A stretch of DNA of 64,000 nucleotides from Azolla caroliniana (lineage: Eukaryota; Plantae; Polypodiophyta). Both the position numbers and the translations under genes were made by a program. Shown here piece by piece: positions 10,177 through 21,022 of this stretch (position 1 is the first letter of the stretch; each line of letters starts with the position of its first letter). The notes beneath the pieces were generated by a model. The model was not told where the DNA came from. It made no database searches and saw only the letters and a program-made list of their open reading frames with translations. The stretch lies in assembly GCA_043228905.1 (NCBI GenBank), contig JBHGNT010000012.1:10912001-10976000 (forward strand), in the 5' to 3' direction.

Positions 10177-13100
10177 TTGGACAACCCTAGATATGTACAA
10201 CCTAGTGTGGGTTCCATTTCTCCCAAGCATGTTAGTAGAGTCTTCTCAGCCCTAGTACAAGTTAGGACACCCAGTTGTCAACTTCAAGTCCAAGCCCAAA
10301 AACACCAAATATCCTTCAAGCATACACTTCCTTGTCCAGTTTCCGTGGTAGTGATTGATGGACGCCCCATAGCTTCCGGGAAGATATTTGAAGAGTCTGA
10401 GCCAATACACATACTCTTGGGTGATTTAGGATGTGTAGTTTCCTTTAACATAATCCGTAGTCCTGAGCATCCAATTGTCCTCGGTTTGACATGGTTCGAG
10501 CTACATAACCCTAGAATCGATTGGAGGAAGCGAGAAATTAGGTGCCCTTTAGCAGAAAATATCATTGTCAAGGATCGAGCTCGGGATTATCCTCCCAAAG
10601 TATATAGTTCTACCGATGCACCATATCCTTCTCATCAAATTTCAGCCATCACATTGCAACAATTGCGCCAAGTGGGAGGCAAGGAGGACCTTTTCTTATT
10701 TGCAGTATTAGTGACACCTTCTAGTGTCACTCAAGGGAATTCAGACATCCAAATTCCCAAAAAATATCAAGACTATGCTGATGTTTTCGACAAAGTCAAA
10801 GCTAGTGTTCTTCCAAAGCATCGGTCGTACGACTGTCCTATTGATCTCCAACCAGGAAAAGAGCCTCCATGGGGTCCGATTTACAATTTATCACCCACTG
10901 AGCTTGAGGTTCTTCGAGAATACATCGAGGAAAATCTTGCACATGGGTTTATTCGACATTCAAAGTCTCCAGCTGGTGCTCCTATCTTTTTTGTGAAGAA
11001 AAAGGACGGCTCCCTTCGTTTGGTCGTGGACTATCGAGGCTTAAATAAAGTCACCATAAGGAATAGGTATGCTTTACCTTTAATCTCCAATCTCTTAGAA
11101 CGCATTGGTGGGGCAAAGCATTTTACCAAAATTGATCTAAGGAGTGCATATAATCTTGTTCGAATTCAGCCGGGAGATGAGTGGAAAACAGCATTTCGTA
11201 CTCGGTATGGTCATTTCGAGTATACAGTCATGCCTTTCAGGCTCACAAATGCACCTGCCGTATTCCAACATATGGAAAATTACATCTTCCGGGATTTCTT
11301 GGATATTTTTCTAATCATCTACCTAGATGATCTATTGATTCACTCTAAAACACAGGGGGAGCATGATATACATGTGCGGCAAGTACTTGAACGCCTAAGG
11401 AAGTATGGTCTTTACGCCAAACTTGAGAAATGCAGTTTTGATTGCAAACAAGTCGAATTTTTGGGATACACTATTTCATCCCAGGGTGTTTTCATGGACC
11501 CGGCAAAAGTCCAAACAATATTGGAATGGAAACCCCCATGCTCAGTTCGGGATGTCCAGTGTTTCCTCAGATTTGCGAACTTCTATCGCAAATTCATACA
11601 TAATTATTCAAGCATTGTGTTGCCCCTTACTCAACTCACCAAGAAAAATCAAGCATTTTTTTGGAGTATCGAAGCGGACAAGGCTTTTACGCAGCTGAAA
11701 GAGGCATTCACATCAGCACCGATCCTAGCACATATTGATCCTGAAAAGCCATTTACTATTGAGGCGGATGCATCAGACTTTGCATTGGGGAGTATCCTAT
11801 CACAACCAGGCGAGGACGGGCAGATACATCCAGTCGCGTTTCACTCGAGAAAGTTTACTGTTTCAGAGATAAACTATGAGGTGCATGACAAGGAGTTACT
11901 AGCTGTGGTCGACTCATTCGAGCAATGGCGTCATTTTCTAGAAGGATCACCTCATCAGATTATAGTGATCACAAAAATCTCACATATTTTCAAACAGCTC
12001 GAGTATTAAATAGACGTCTAACGCGTTTCGATTTCAAGATCATTTTTCGCCCCGGAAAACAACAAGGGAAAGCAGATGCTCTGTCTCATCGTTCGTATCT
12101 AGCACTTCGACCTGGAGATCCGGCCTTTGACAATCAAAAGCAAACTCTCCTCGAGCCATCAAAGCTACAGGTAACAACAATTTATGCCACACCACTTGAT
12201 TCTACCCTTCTTGACACTATTCGGCAACAACTTCATTCGGATGATTTTTCTAAGGATGTCTTAGCCCATTGTGGTTCAAGTCGTCCATCTTGCTCCACAT
12301 TGCCAGGGTCATCTCAACATTACCAGGACTTCAAGTGGCAAGATGGTTTACTCTTCTACAAGAATCTCCTTTACGTCCCCGATGGATCACCCCGACTTCA
12401 AGTGTTGGAACATTGTCATGATGCCCCCATGGCTGGACATTTTGGTATTTCCAAGACCATTGAGCTGGTGACACGTTCGTTTTGGTGGCCTCACTTGCAA
12501 AAATTTGTCGAAGATTATGTTCGCCCTTGTGACACCTGCTGTCGCGCCAAAATACCCTGGCATCACCCTTATGGCTTACTACAACCATTACCCCCTCCCA
12601 ACAAGCCATGGCAGTCTATTTCTATGGAGTTCATTACGGATCTGCCACCTTCCAAAGGCTTTGATACTATTTTAACAGTAGTGGATCGGTTCACCAAGAT
12701 GGCACATTTTGTACCATGTGTAAAGACCATCAATAGTGAAGAAACTGCAGATCTCATTATGCGTGAAGTGTTTCGCCATCATGGTCTCCCGAATGATATT
12801 ATTAGCGATCGAGGTCCTCAATTTATCTCACACTTTTGGAAGCACCTATGGGCAGGCCTCAAAATCTCTTGCAAACTCTCTTCGGCTTATCATCCACAAA
12901 CTGACGGACAAACAGAGCGCACAAATCAAACGCTCGAGCAATATCTTCGATGTTTCATTAGTTATCAACAAGATGATTGGAGTAAAATTTTACATCTTGC
13001 CGAGTTTGCATACAACAACACGGTCCACTCTTCTACCAAAGTTACACCTTTCTTTGCCTACACCGGCAACCACCCTCGATGGTGTATACTGGATCTTCCC

Positions 13101-13721
13101 GAGGTGTCACGAAACCCTAATGCAGCGCATCACCTCCATCGACTACAACAAATCCAATTCGAGTTATCGTCACATCTTCAGAAAGCGCAAGCACACCATA
13201 AGACCAATGCCGATCGACATCGTCTTAAGTCTTCGTTTAAGGTTGGTGACCGTGTATGGTTGCTTCGTTGTCACATCAAGACTACCCGACCGTGTGCTAA
13301 GCTTGACTATCAACGCTTAGGTCCTTTTGTCATCACGGCGTAGATTAATGATGCAACATTTCGTCTTAACCTTCCTGCACATATGCGGCTTCACCCTGTC
13401 TTTCATAGCTCTCTTTTGGAACCTTGCCACACCTCTTTAATTCCTGATCGTGTCGTGCCACCACCGCCTTCTGTACAACTTGTGGACGGCCCCGAATATG
13501 AGGTAGCTGCTATTCTCGATTCTAAGATTGTGCGCAATAAGCTTTATTATCTAGTTGATTGGCTTGGTTATCCTCCGAGTGATCGCACTTGGGAACCCAT
13601 CGATAACGTTTGTAATGCTGAAGCTCTGGTCAACGACTTCCATCGTCACTATCCAAACAAGCCCGGCCCAACAATGTTAACGCCGAACCCGAACCTTCTC
13701 GAAAGAGGGATAGTGTCATGA
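10177..13721 (+). pseudogene. pol: Pol of element B (protease, RT, RNase H, integrase, chromodomain), disrupted
   Basis: RT YLDD, RNase H ADASDFALG, integrase SDRGPQF and HPQTDGQTE, GPF module, chromodomain EYEVAAILDS..YLVDWLGYPPSDRTWEP. The protease DSG segment is absent; frameshift at ~11965; stop at 13341. Confidence 0.93.
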
Positions 13722-14122
13722 ACACATGACCATTATGGCGTCACCCGGACTTGAACCTCGAACCTTGTAATTCATACTTGAAAACCTCAACCATTAAGAT
13801 AGCTTATTGTTATATGAAACAATAAAAGCTACTTCTTGTATTACATTGATTATTGTAAAAACTCTAGATTATTCTAGAATGTTCTAGAATGTCCTAGAGC
13901 ATTCTAGGTCTAGAACATTCTAGAACATTCTAGAAATCTCTAAGCTATTCTATAGGAACCTATAAATAAGCGCATACATGTATTCTCAAATCAATTCCTA
14001 TCAACACCAGTCTTTAGCTCTCATTACATATCTTGTATCCATTCTCTTTCTTTCTCTATCTTATACATCCATTCTTCTCTATCCTTCTTCCATCACTCTA
14101 TCTTTTATCCTTGGTTCTGACA
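13714..14122 (+). repeat. 3' LTR of element B
   Basis: Direct repeat of 8506-8914, preceded by the PPT. Confidence 0.97.
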
Positions 14123-14135
14123 CAGGCGTGCCATG

Positions 14136-14584
14136 TGTTGTCCGCCGGAATAGTAACCGACGGACAAGAGCGCAGGAATACGGAATAGTATAATATTGTA
14201 ACGCATGTAACGGTTCACGCGGGAAGCGTGAACGGCTAAAAGACCCTGCGTATATGAAGGGCAGAAAACCTCCGATAGAGGCAGCGTGTAATTTTGAATG
14301 TTAGAGGCGTATCGTAATAGAATTCTATCTTCTCTGATATCTGTGTGTAGCTACGACTAATCTATTGTGTGTCTGTAACACCTGAGAGCGTAGGAGTAAG
14401 TAACGGTGTGTGTGTTAGCCCACTGTCAAAGGTGCTTGGTTGTAGCCATCTCCCCTATACGCTGCTAGGTTACGGGGAATATCGCGCTAAGTATTACGCA
14501 CAGACACTACCATTCATTGTCACACAGTCACTTGGAGGTCTAGGTCGAAGGACTGACCGTAGACCGTGTTCCTAGTCGGTAACA
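14136..14584 (+). repeat. 3' LTR of element A
   Basis: Direct repeat of 621-1069. Confidence 0.95.
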
Positions 14585-16855
14585 ATTACACATACATTAC
14601 ATCATTCACCCTCACTTATCACACTTATCAATCACCCGTACATCTCGTACAATAACACAATATGGCATGCCCATGGGAGAGTTCCTTGCACGTCGATCCC
14701 ACATGCCTTGATCATAATCTTTCTTCGACCAGAACTTCCATCGGTCCTCTCAACGATCGGAGCCCTTGACTCGAACATCTTTGTCGGTCAGCGAATCTTC
14801 ATCGACACGAACATTCTCGTTCTGTTGGTTCACAAACTTCGGTAACATCATTTGGGTCGTCAAAAAAAACATTGTATGTATGTGTGTTCTTCTTTGTTTT
14901 GTGAGTTGTGTGTCGACCATGTCCATATCTTTTAGGTTGATGAGTTTTTTTACAATTAGTATTGTCCCCTGTAAATTTTTTAAAAAGATTCTGTTCTATA
15001 CCCCTATTCTCTTTCCCTCTCTTTTTATATATTATTATTATTATTACATATTTTCCTCCTATTCTCCTAGCGGGAAACAGTGTTCTTCTTTTCTTCTTCT
15101 TCTTGTGTCATATCATGTCGTTTCTTTGTTTCTCTCTTCTCTTCTTCTTCTTCTTCTTCTTTTTATCTGTTCGTCTTCCATTGCGACTGTTCCTCCGTCC
15201 TTTCTTCTCCTTCATTATTATTATTTTCTTCCTTCTACTCTATTTCTCCTCGTTCTATGCTTGTTTTTGCTTCCTCTCCTTCTGAAGCTCCATAGTATCC
15301 ATCGGTCAGCGGCTGTTGCCGTCTGTCTCTGGCTCTACAACAGTCTCTGTGCGTCCACTATCCGGGGTCACTGCCATCTATTAGCTCTATCCGGCCTGTC
15401 TCTATTTTGGCCATCATTCACTCATCGCTGTACATATTGGACGTCGATCTGGCTATTTTTGGTCATTTTTCCAACCATTGTTGCTCCATCGTCGTACGTC
15501 ATTCCGGCCATTTCCGGCCGCTCCAACAGTTCCAGCCACTGTCCGGCTATTTCGACCGGTTTCCAGCCCTTCTAGCCGCTCTTTCCGCTATCTGGCCCGT
15601 CTGGCCATGTCTGTCTAGTCCATCTCCAGATGTCTCTGTCGCCGGCCTGGTCAGCCCTATTCGGCTGTCTCTTTTGGCCGAGGTCCGTCGCTTTTCGGTG
15701 TCACTATCACTGTTTCAACCGTCTACTCCATTGTCTTTGTCCAACGTGTCTCTAGCCAGTTGTACGGCCGACTCCGTCATCGTTCCAACCACCATCGTTT
15801 GTTTGGTCGCCGATGCCGCTTCATCCAGCCCTTGTCTCGGCCGTTGTTCGGCTGCCATCCATCTCTGACCCTATCTTTCCGGTGCCTCGTTCATTCTTCC
15901 GTCCATCCGTTCGATTGTTCATTCTTTCTTTCCGACCATCAAGTAGTTCTTCAGTAGCCTTTGTCTCTTCGCATATCAGGACAGTGTCGCTGTCCAACTG
16001 TCTTCGTTCATCCCGGCCTTCGTCCCCGGTCATCTCCGTTGTTGTTCGACACGAACGACCATGTCTTTTTGGCTATCCGGTTCTTGTCCCGCTCGTCTTC
16101 GGTCTGGCCATCATTGTTGTTGTCGATCTCTCCGTCATTTCGGTTGTCACTATGATTGTTTCTTTTCTTTCTTTTTTTTCATTATCATGACCATTTCCAA
16201 CACATTGTGGTCGCCATTTCTTGCACATTACCGATTTGATTTGCTACTCATCATAAATTCGATTTCTCGCACATCACTGTCACCATTATCTCACATTTCG
16301 TCGTTGATGTCTCTGCCATGTATTAGTCTTCGACTTTGTCTCCAAAGGGGGGTCACCTTAGTGGTCGCCAAAAGGTGTTGTAGGTTTTTAGGGTTAGGGT
16401 TAATGGTAATGATGATTATCGATGACGAAGATAGACATGGTGTAATAATGAAGATGATTGAGAGTGATGGTGAGAGAGATCATGAAGAACAAGACAAGCA
16501 TTGAGAATCATTGCGGGGTGGCGGGTGGTGCCTAGAAGGGCTCCACCCCCCTCCCAAGGGGGTTCAACGTTAGGGAGAGGGAAGAGAGAGATAAATGACA
16601 AGAAAGAGATTGAGAGAGAAAATGATTATTGTCTTCATTCATTCCCCATAAGGGGTTAAATAGGTACAAAGGGGTAGATCCACAAGGGTGCAAGCCCCTT
16701 GGGCATTCACACCTAGTCACTCACTCACACCTCTTTGTATCCACCACACTCACACTTACATTCACATTGATAATCGTATAAGATTACACATACATTACAT
16801 TGTTCACCCTCACTTATCACACTTATCAATCACCCGTACATCTCGTATGGTAACA

Positions 16856-17987
16856 CATGTATTGTTCGGGCCTCTTCAAACACTTCTCTCTATGATGCAT
16901 CGCCTTCTTTCGTTCTAACGATTGTGCCTCACGATGCTCCTGTAGTAAGTTCTTACTCATATCCTTTTCCATTGATGTCTTTGCACCTTTAGCCAAACTT
17001 TTAAGATTTGCACAAATGGAGCAATACCCCATGCGTACTTTACGTAGAATGATAACATTTGAAAACCGAGCTCTCCATAATCTTGTGAATTGGCTATATG
17101 TGACAGATTTATTACGTGAGTCCACCATATCAGATCGATAGACATCATAAACTTCCCGATGTGTGTAATTATCAAAGAGGTGCATCCTACCTGTAGTGGG
17201 CATTACCTCACAATTTAACTGAAAGTAACTTTTCATCCAACCAATAGCATGTCTTCCAATTGCACCTTTCATACTTGGAACCTCTTTACAATTGAGCATC
17301 TAATCCCCGCTAAATAGATGTTGTTGTACTCTATGCAGCCGCATGTTACTAACACATAACGCAATTTTGAATGCAACTCTACATATCTGTTGCACATGGA
17401 AGATATAATACTCGAATGATACTTTGATCCCTGTACATTTGTCAGACACTAGTTGCATATGTGACCTGAGGTAAGTGTCTTGCTCATCACCAGTCATCAA
17501 AAAATAGTATCGCCTTAATTCTCACAACTTTGATTTTCCAATCATAGACATACAACCACGGGCACAACATATTTTTTTGACATCAAATCCAATCTACTTA
17601 TCTGATGTCACCAAATTAAATCTAGCCAGACGAATTCTTTGTGGGATTCTTCTAATATGCATAGGGCTTCTAGATTTCTCTTCCTACATTGAAGTTGGTG
17701 TAACCTTATTACTATCCAATTCTTTGTTGTGACCATCGCCCATGATATTCAATTTTTCATTGGCGCTACCTTCATTCTCCGTATCTTTATTAATATCGTA
17801 TTCTTCAATAGAGAACTCTTCACATGTGTCATTATTCACATGCGTTGTAGGTGAAGATGAGCTCAGACAATATTCTTCGATAGAAAATGGTGAGTCTGTC
17901 GATAGACAATACTCTTCGGTAGAAAATGAAGAGTCTGATGACAAACAATATTCTTCAATTGAGAACGGTGGGTGAGTCTTCACTTAT
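16856..17987 (-). pseudogene. 5' part of the Sola1-like transposase, copy 1
   Basis: Near-identical to 39245-40406; start codon mutated to ATA; truncated just before the first catalytic Asp (LMIDGMDQ). Confidence 0.9.
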
Positions 17988-18294
17988 GGCTTAAGGTTCA
18001 CACAAAGCTCTTTAAGTTACGTGCTTGGGCTAATATAAAAAACTGATAAGCTCCTCTCTAAACATAAACTCCTCTCTAAACAGAAGCTCCCTCAATATAA
18101 TGTCTATATTATTTAATATTATATTAATACAATAAATAAAGATATTATTTTTAATATAATAATTGTATTCAACATATTAATAATTACTTAAACTAGTTAG
18201 TATAAAGTTAAATCAATTATTTTTTATACCTTATTAATCTGATAATATATAATTTAAATTAAATTTACTTTAGCCATCAAGTATAATATAATTA

Positions 18295-18680
18295 CAATCA
18301 TTACCAAGTCATATATATGTTGGTTTAAAGTTAAAATCATTGGTTAATTAATGGCACCCATACTTAATATAGAACTTCTCAATCATTGGTTCATTCATGC
18401 CCACCATTTTAAATATAAGCCTTTTCAATCATTGGTTCATTCATGGCCACATCTTTAATACAAAGCAATTAAGAGTCATAAAAATGTTGCTTTGAGTATT
18501 CAATCATTGGTTCATTCATGAACCTCTATCATTATTTCCTTCATGACCTTCAAAATCATTGTATGTTAGTTTGACTATTAAATAATCATTAATATGTTAG
18601 TTTGAGTATTTAATCATTGATGCATTCATAAGCATCATTTAATTCAAATCCATTAGAGAGTGATTGGTACAATCATTCAA
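18295..18680. promoter_or_regulatory. Cluster of CCAAT-box repeats (AATCATTGGTT) in the divergent promoter region, copy 1; copy 2 equivalent at ~38760-38945
   Basis: At least four AATCATTGGTT motifs plus degenerate copies, mostly ~45-75 bp apart, present in both copies. Confidence 0.5.
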
Positions 18681-20008
18681 ATCCAAAATAGGTCGTATCG
18701 TGTTCCTTTTTAAAACACAAAATTTAAACAGGAATATTGTGTCTTTGGGGGAACAATTTAGTATATGTGTGAAAAGATACCAAATTTTATGTCCAATTCA
18801 GACTTTTTTAGTGACATTTGCTATATTTTGTAACAACTAGCGGCCTTACTTAAAAAGGTTTTATGACCTATAATAGTTTAAAATAATAGAAAATAACCCA
18901 CGAATTACCTTTATGATACCAAATTTAAGTCTGTCATATGCAAATTCTCTACAATATGGATATGGAATCAATATAAGCCATACCTACCCTTCAATATGAT
19001 ACATATCCTTGTATAATTATTAAGATATATAATTTTCAAAGTTGAATAGCCCTTACTAGAATTATCTTCCGAATAAAGGACTATCCTGTTCACTCAATAT
19101 AAGATTGATATTTATAGTTTACCACAAATCGCTTGCTAGTTTTTGTCTTCGTCTACTTATGTATGTATTTTAATATACAACCTTAGTCTAGGTAACCACC
19201 TAACTTATGTTTTCACATGTCCTTTCTTAAATAGGCCGTTTGAGAACTTGTTGGACTGACTAGTGAAGAAGATAAAGCTCTGGATTCAGGGCTCTCCAAT
19301 TGAGACCCAGAAACTAATAGTTCCTCAGAACATGAAGAAAGGAAATAAGCTTCTCTTCAATGAGGAGACAAAATATCAACCATCCGATGATGTCAGCCAA
19401 AAGAAAATGTTAGCAGCTATTGGTGGTGAGGACCTTCTTGACTGTGATCTAACGGACAAGGAATGGTGTATGCAATACGTCGACTCCAAGAAAAAAGTCA
19501 TGTTGTATATAGTAAAGAAGAAGGGCAATGATCAGCTTGAAAATGAAACTGCATTTATGTATGGCTGTATTCTAAGATTTGACTGCGAAGATTCAGATTC
19601 AACCAACATTCTTGTAATGATAGAGTGCTCTAAGGGGGTACGTAAAGTGTACCTTTTTGAAGATCCACTGAGAAAGGAATCTTGTGGGCTAGATTCTTTT
19701 AAAAAAGATCTAGAAAGCTCACAAAACCTTATTGTCACCTTGAGGCCTTGTATACAAGGCCATGTAACTCTAAGGGAGCTCTTGCCCTCCCTAGTGAAGG
19801 CCCCGAAAAGGACATCTAAAGTGCAATCAAGACCACTAAAAAAGAAAACCACTAAAATGTCGAACTCTTACTCATCAAGCTCAAACGAAGATAAGGACAC
19901 TAGGGGGACACCAGGAGCTGAGTTGGCATCGGGTGTGTTGTCATCTGAGCAGAATAAGATACGGAGAGAGTTAATGCCACATAAACTAGTCAGAAAAGGG
20001 CAAGTGTT

Positions 20009-20691
20009 TGTCAGGAATAGTACTAAGATAGAGAAGGAATTAGTACTAAGAGAGGTAAAGAACTCTCGAGAGAAGGAAAGAGTGAGTGAGAGGGAGGGAG
20101 GGAGAGACACAGAGACACAGAGAGAGAGAGAGTGATGATAAGAAAAGATATATATTATGTGAAGAGAATGTACAGTAGTAGCTAGGAGGCTTAAGACTAG
20201 CGTTGAACCGATTTGGTTCGAAATAAACTAAACTATGATCGGGTTCCATCAAATTTTGTAGGAAGACCGATCTTGGGTTCTTTGTGAATCCCTTGAGTGC
20301 TTGATCCTTGTTGTTGTAATTATACGATAGTCGCTTCGAGTTGTTGTACACGTAACGTCAACTCCCCATGTTGTTGTTTTTCCAGCGCTAGTTGTTGAAG
20401 ATCCCCCAACAAACGATGATTTTCTTGTTTCTAGTGCTACAAATTTCTTTTTTAAGCACTGGAGCTCCAAGAAAACAGATTGGTATTCCTGAGCTCTAAC
20501 AGTTTCCATTTTACTAGGGAGGATAAGAGGATTAATAAGAGGAGGAAAGGAAGATACGGAAGGAAGAACGAGCAAAATCGGTTCAAACTGTCAGGAACAG
20601 TACTAAGACAGAGAAGGAATTAGTACTAAAAGAAGTATTAGTACTAAGAGAGGTGAAGAACTCTCAAGAGAAGGAAAGAGTGAGTGAGAGG

Positions 20692-20727
<36 letters not shown>

Positions 20728-21022
20728 TAATAAGAAAAGATATATATTATGTGAAGAGAATGTACAGTAGTAGCTAGGAGGCTTAAGACTAGTGTTGAAC
20801 CGATTTGGTTCGAAATGATGCCTTGTGCCTCCTTTTATAGTGTTCTGAGGACTACTCCTGAAGTTTCTAGAATGTTTCAGAGAAATTTGGAATATACATC
20901 AATTTCTATAATCAAACATAAATGAAAATAATATTTTACATATTATATTGTATGGTTTAATAGTCAAGAGCTCGACCCATGTAGCATAAGGGCATGGGTT
21001 CGAGTCTTGCCATATCATGACA
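20009..21022 (-). mobile_element. Element C: internally deleted Tcn1-like chromovirus (5' LTR 21022-20589, gag start, R-U5 remnant of the 3' LTR at 20223-20009)
   Basis: TSD GTGTT at 20004-20008 and 21023-21027; the empty site is seen in copy 2 at ~36965. TGTCA...TGACA ends. Gag remnant METVRAQEY...KEPKIGLPTKFDG is homologous to B gag. Confidence 0.92.
20953..21012 (+). promoter_or_regulatory. tRNA-like A/B-box cassette, antisense in U3 of element C
   Basis: TGGTTTAATAG, 33 nt, GGTTCGAGTCT. Confidence 0.5.

Larger units (their letters stand above)
8506..14122 (+). mobile_element. Element B: Tcn1/Tf1-like chromovirus (Ty3/gypsy), recent insertion
   Basis: 409-bp LTRs at 8506-8914 and 13714-14122 (TGTCA...TGACA) differing at 2 nt. 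TSD CAGGC at 8501-8505 and 14123-14127. PPT GAAAGAGGGATAG at 13701-13713. Encodes gag, RT, RNase H, integrase and a chromodomain. Confidence 0.97.
621..14584 (+). mobile_element. Element A: non-chromovirus Ty3/gypsy LTR retrotransposon with RT/RNase H deleted, an extra 3' ORF, and nested element B
   Basis: 449-bp LTRs at 621-1069 and 14136-14584 (TGTTG...TAACA, ~25 differences by eye). TSD ATTAC at 616-620 and 14585-14589; the empty site is seen in the D 3' LTR. PBS-like TGGCAC at 1074. Confidence 0.95.
167..16855 (+). mobile_element. Element D: non-autonomous LTR retrotransposon. The 5' LTR (167-620 plus 14585-14657) is split by element A; the 3' LTR is ~16376-16855; the ~1.7-kb interior is non-coding
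   Basis: 167-620 joined to 14590-14657 matches 16497-16855, and both copies end in TAACA. A PBS-like TGGCATGCCCATGGGA follows at 14663, and a purine run lies at 16344-16352. The 3' end abuts the truncated transposase at 16856. The true left end is not visible because 1-166 does not match the 3' LTR. Confidence 0.7.

Noticed and set aside
16386-16402. Interstitial telomere (TTTAGGGTTAGGGTT)
   Set aside because: Only about two units inside an LTR; at most a telo-box.
14766-16504. Protein-coding ORFs (269, 153 and 147 aa and others)
   Set aside because: Pyrimidine-rich low-complexity interior of element D, with stop-poor overlapping frames and no recognisable domain.
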